64,000 nucleotides of DNA from Amphiscolops sp. MND2022. Lineage: Eukaryota. The stretch's first letter is position 1. Each line of letters opens with the position of its first letter. The stretch spans positions 80,106,001-80,170,000 of the forward strand of contig OZ076409.1 in the NCBI GenBank assembly GCA_964187785.1. The letters are read 5' to 3'. The notes below the pieces were generated by a model, which made no database searches, was not told the origin of the DNA, and worked only from the letters and a program-made list of their open reading frames with translations. The position numbers and the translations under genes were made by a program. Below, piece by piece: positions 63,846-64,000 of the stretch.

Positions 63846-64000
63846 TTCCTTACTGAGGCCTCAGCTCGCTGAGCATGGTCATTATTCTCTTGAGCTAGCT
63901 TTGTCTGGATCTGTTCCAACTGCGCCATGTTCCACCCAAAGTCTTGCCTTATGTCTTCAGTTTCCTTTATGCCTCTTGTAATGGTAGAATTTCGAGACGC

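Larger units (their letters stand above)
46900..64000 (-). mobile_element. Very large Ty3/Gypsy-type LTR retrotransposon (decayed), 5' end beyond the window
   Basis: Gag with knuckles CFNCDDPTNFVIDC and CINFGRTGHMASEC; PR DTGSG (61407-61418); RT AYTDD (60063-60074); RH; IN AHDESRH...LTC, QFDHMK, QSDNA, VERQNRTL. PPT GGGGGAGGA (48138-48146) is followed by TGTAAC, the start of the 3' LTR at 48137. Confidence 0.9.

Overview
AT-rich, repeat-dense animal (invertebrate-like) genomic DNA with one 200-N assembly gap (46700-46899). One host gene is supported: an 8-exon Patched-related/sterol-sensing-domain (RND-type) membrane protein on the minus strand (ATG 28343 to stop 3641, about 1055 aa). I reconstructed it by hand with GT-AG junctions and consistent phases. 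Everything else is transposon-derived: (1) a full-length but mutated Ty3/Gypsy provirus in intron 3 (248-bp LTRs, ACAGC target duplication); (2) a solo LTR; (3) piggyBac and hAT remnants; (4) several MITE families and a Helentron/DINE-1-like family; (5) an old Gypsy broken by nested insertions; (6) a very large (>17 kb) minus-strand Gypsy-type element from about 46900 to the window end. The large element is the most unusual feature. Beyond gag/PR/RT/RH/IN it appears to carry a second, non-catalytic retropepsin-like domain, a TARG1/Poa1p-like macrodomain at the end of pol, and a separate long downstream ORF with an SGNH-hydrolase-like fold. It also contains a 2.7-kb tandem duplication that includes its polypurine tract. 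All domain calls come from manual translation and motif recognition, not from database searches.
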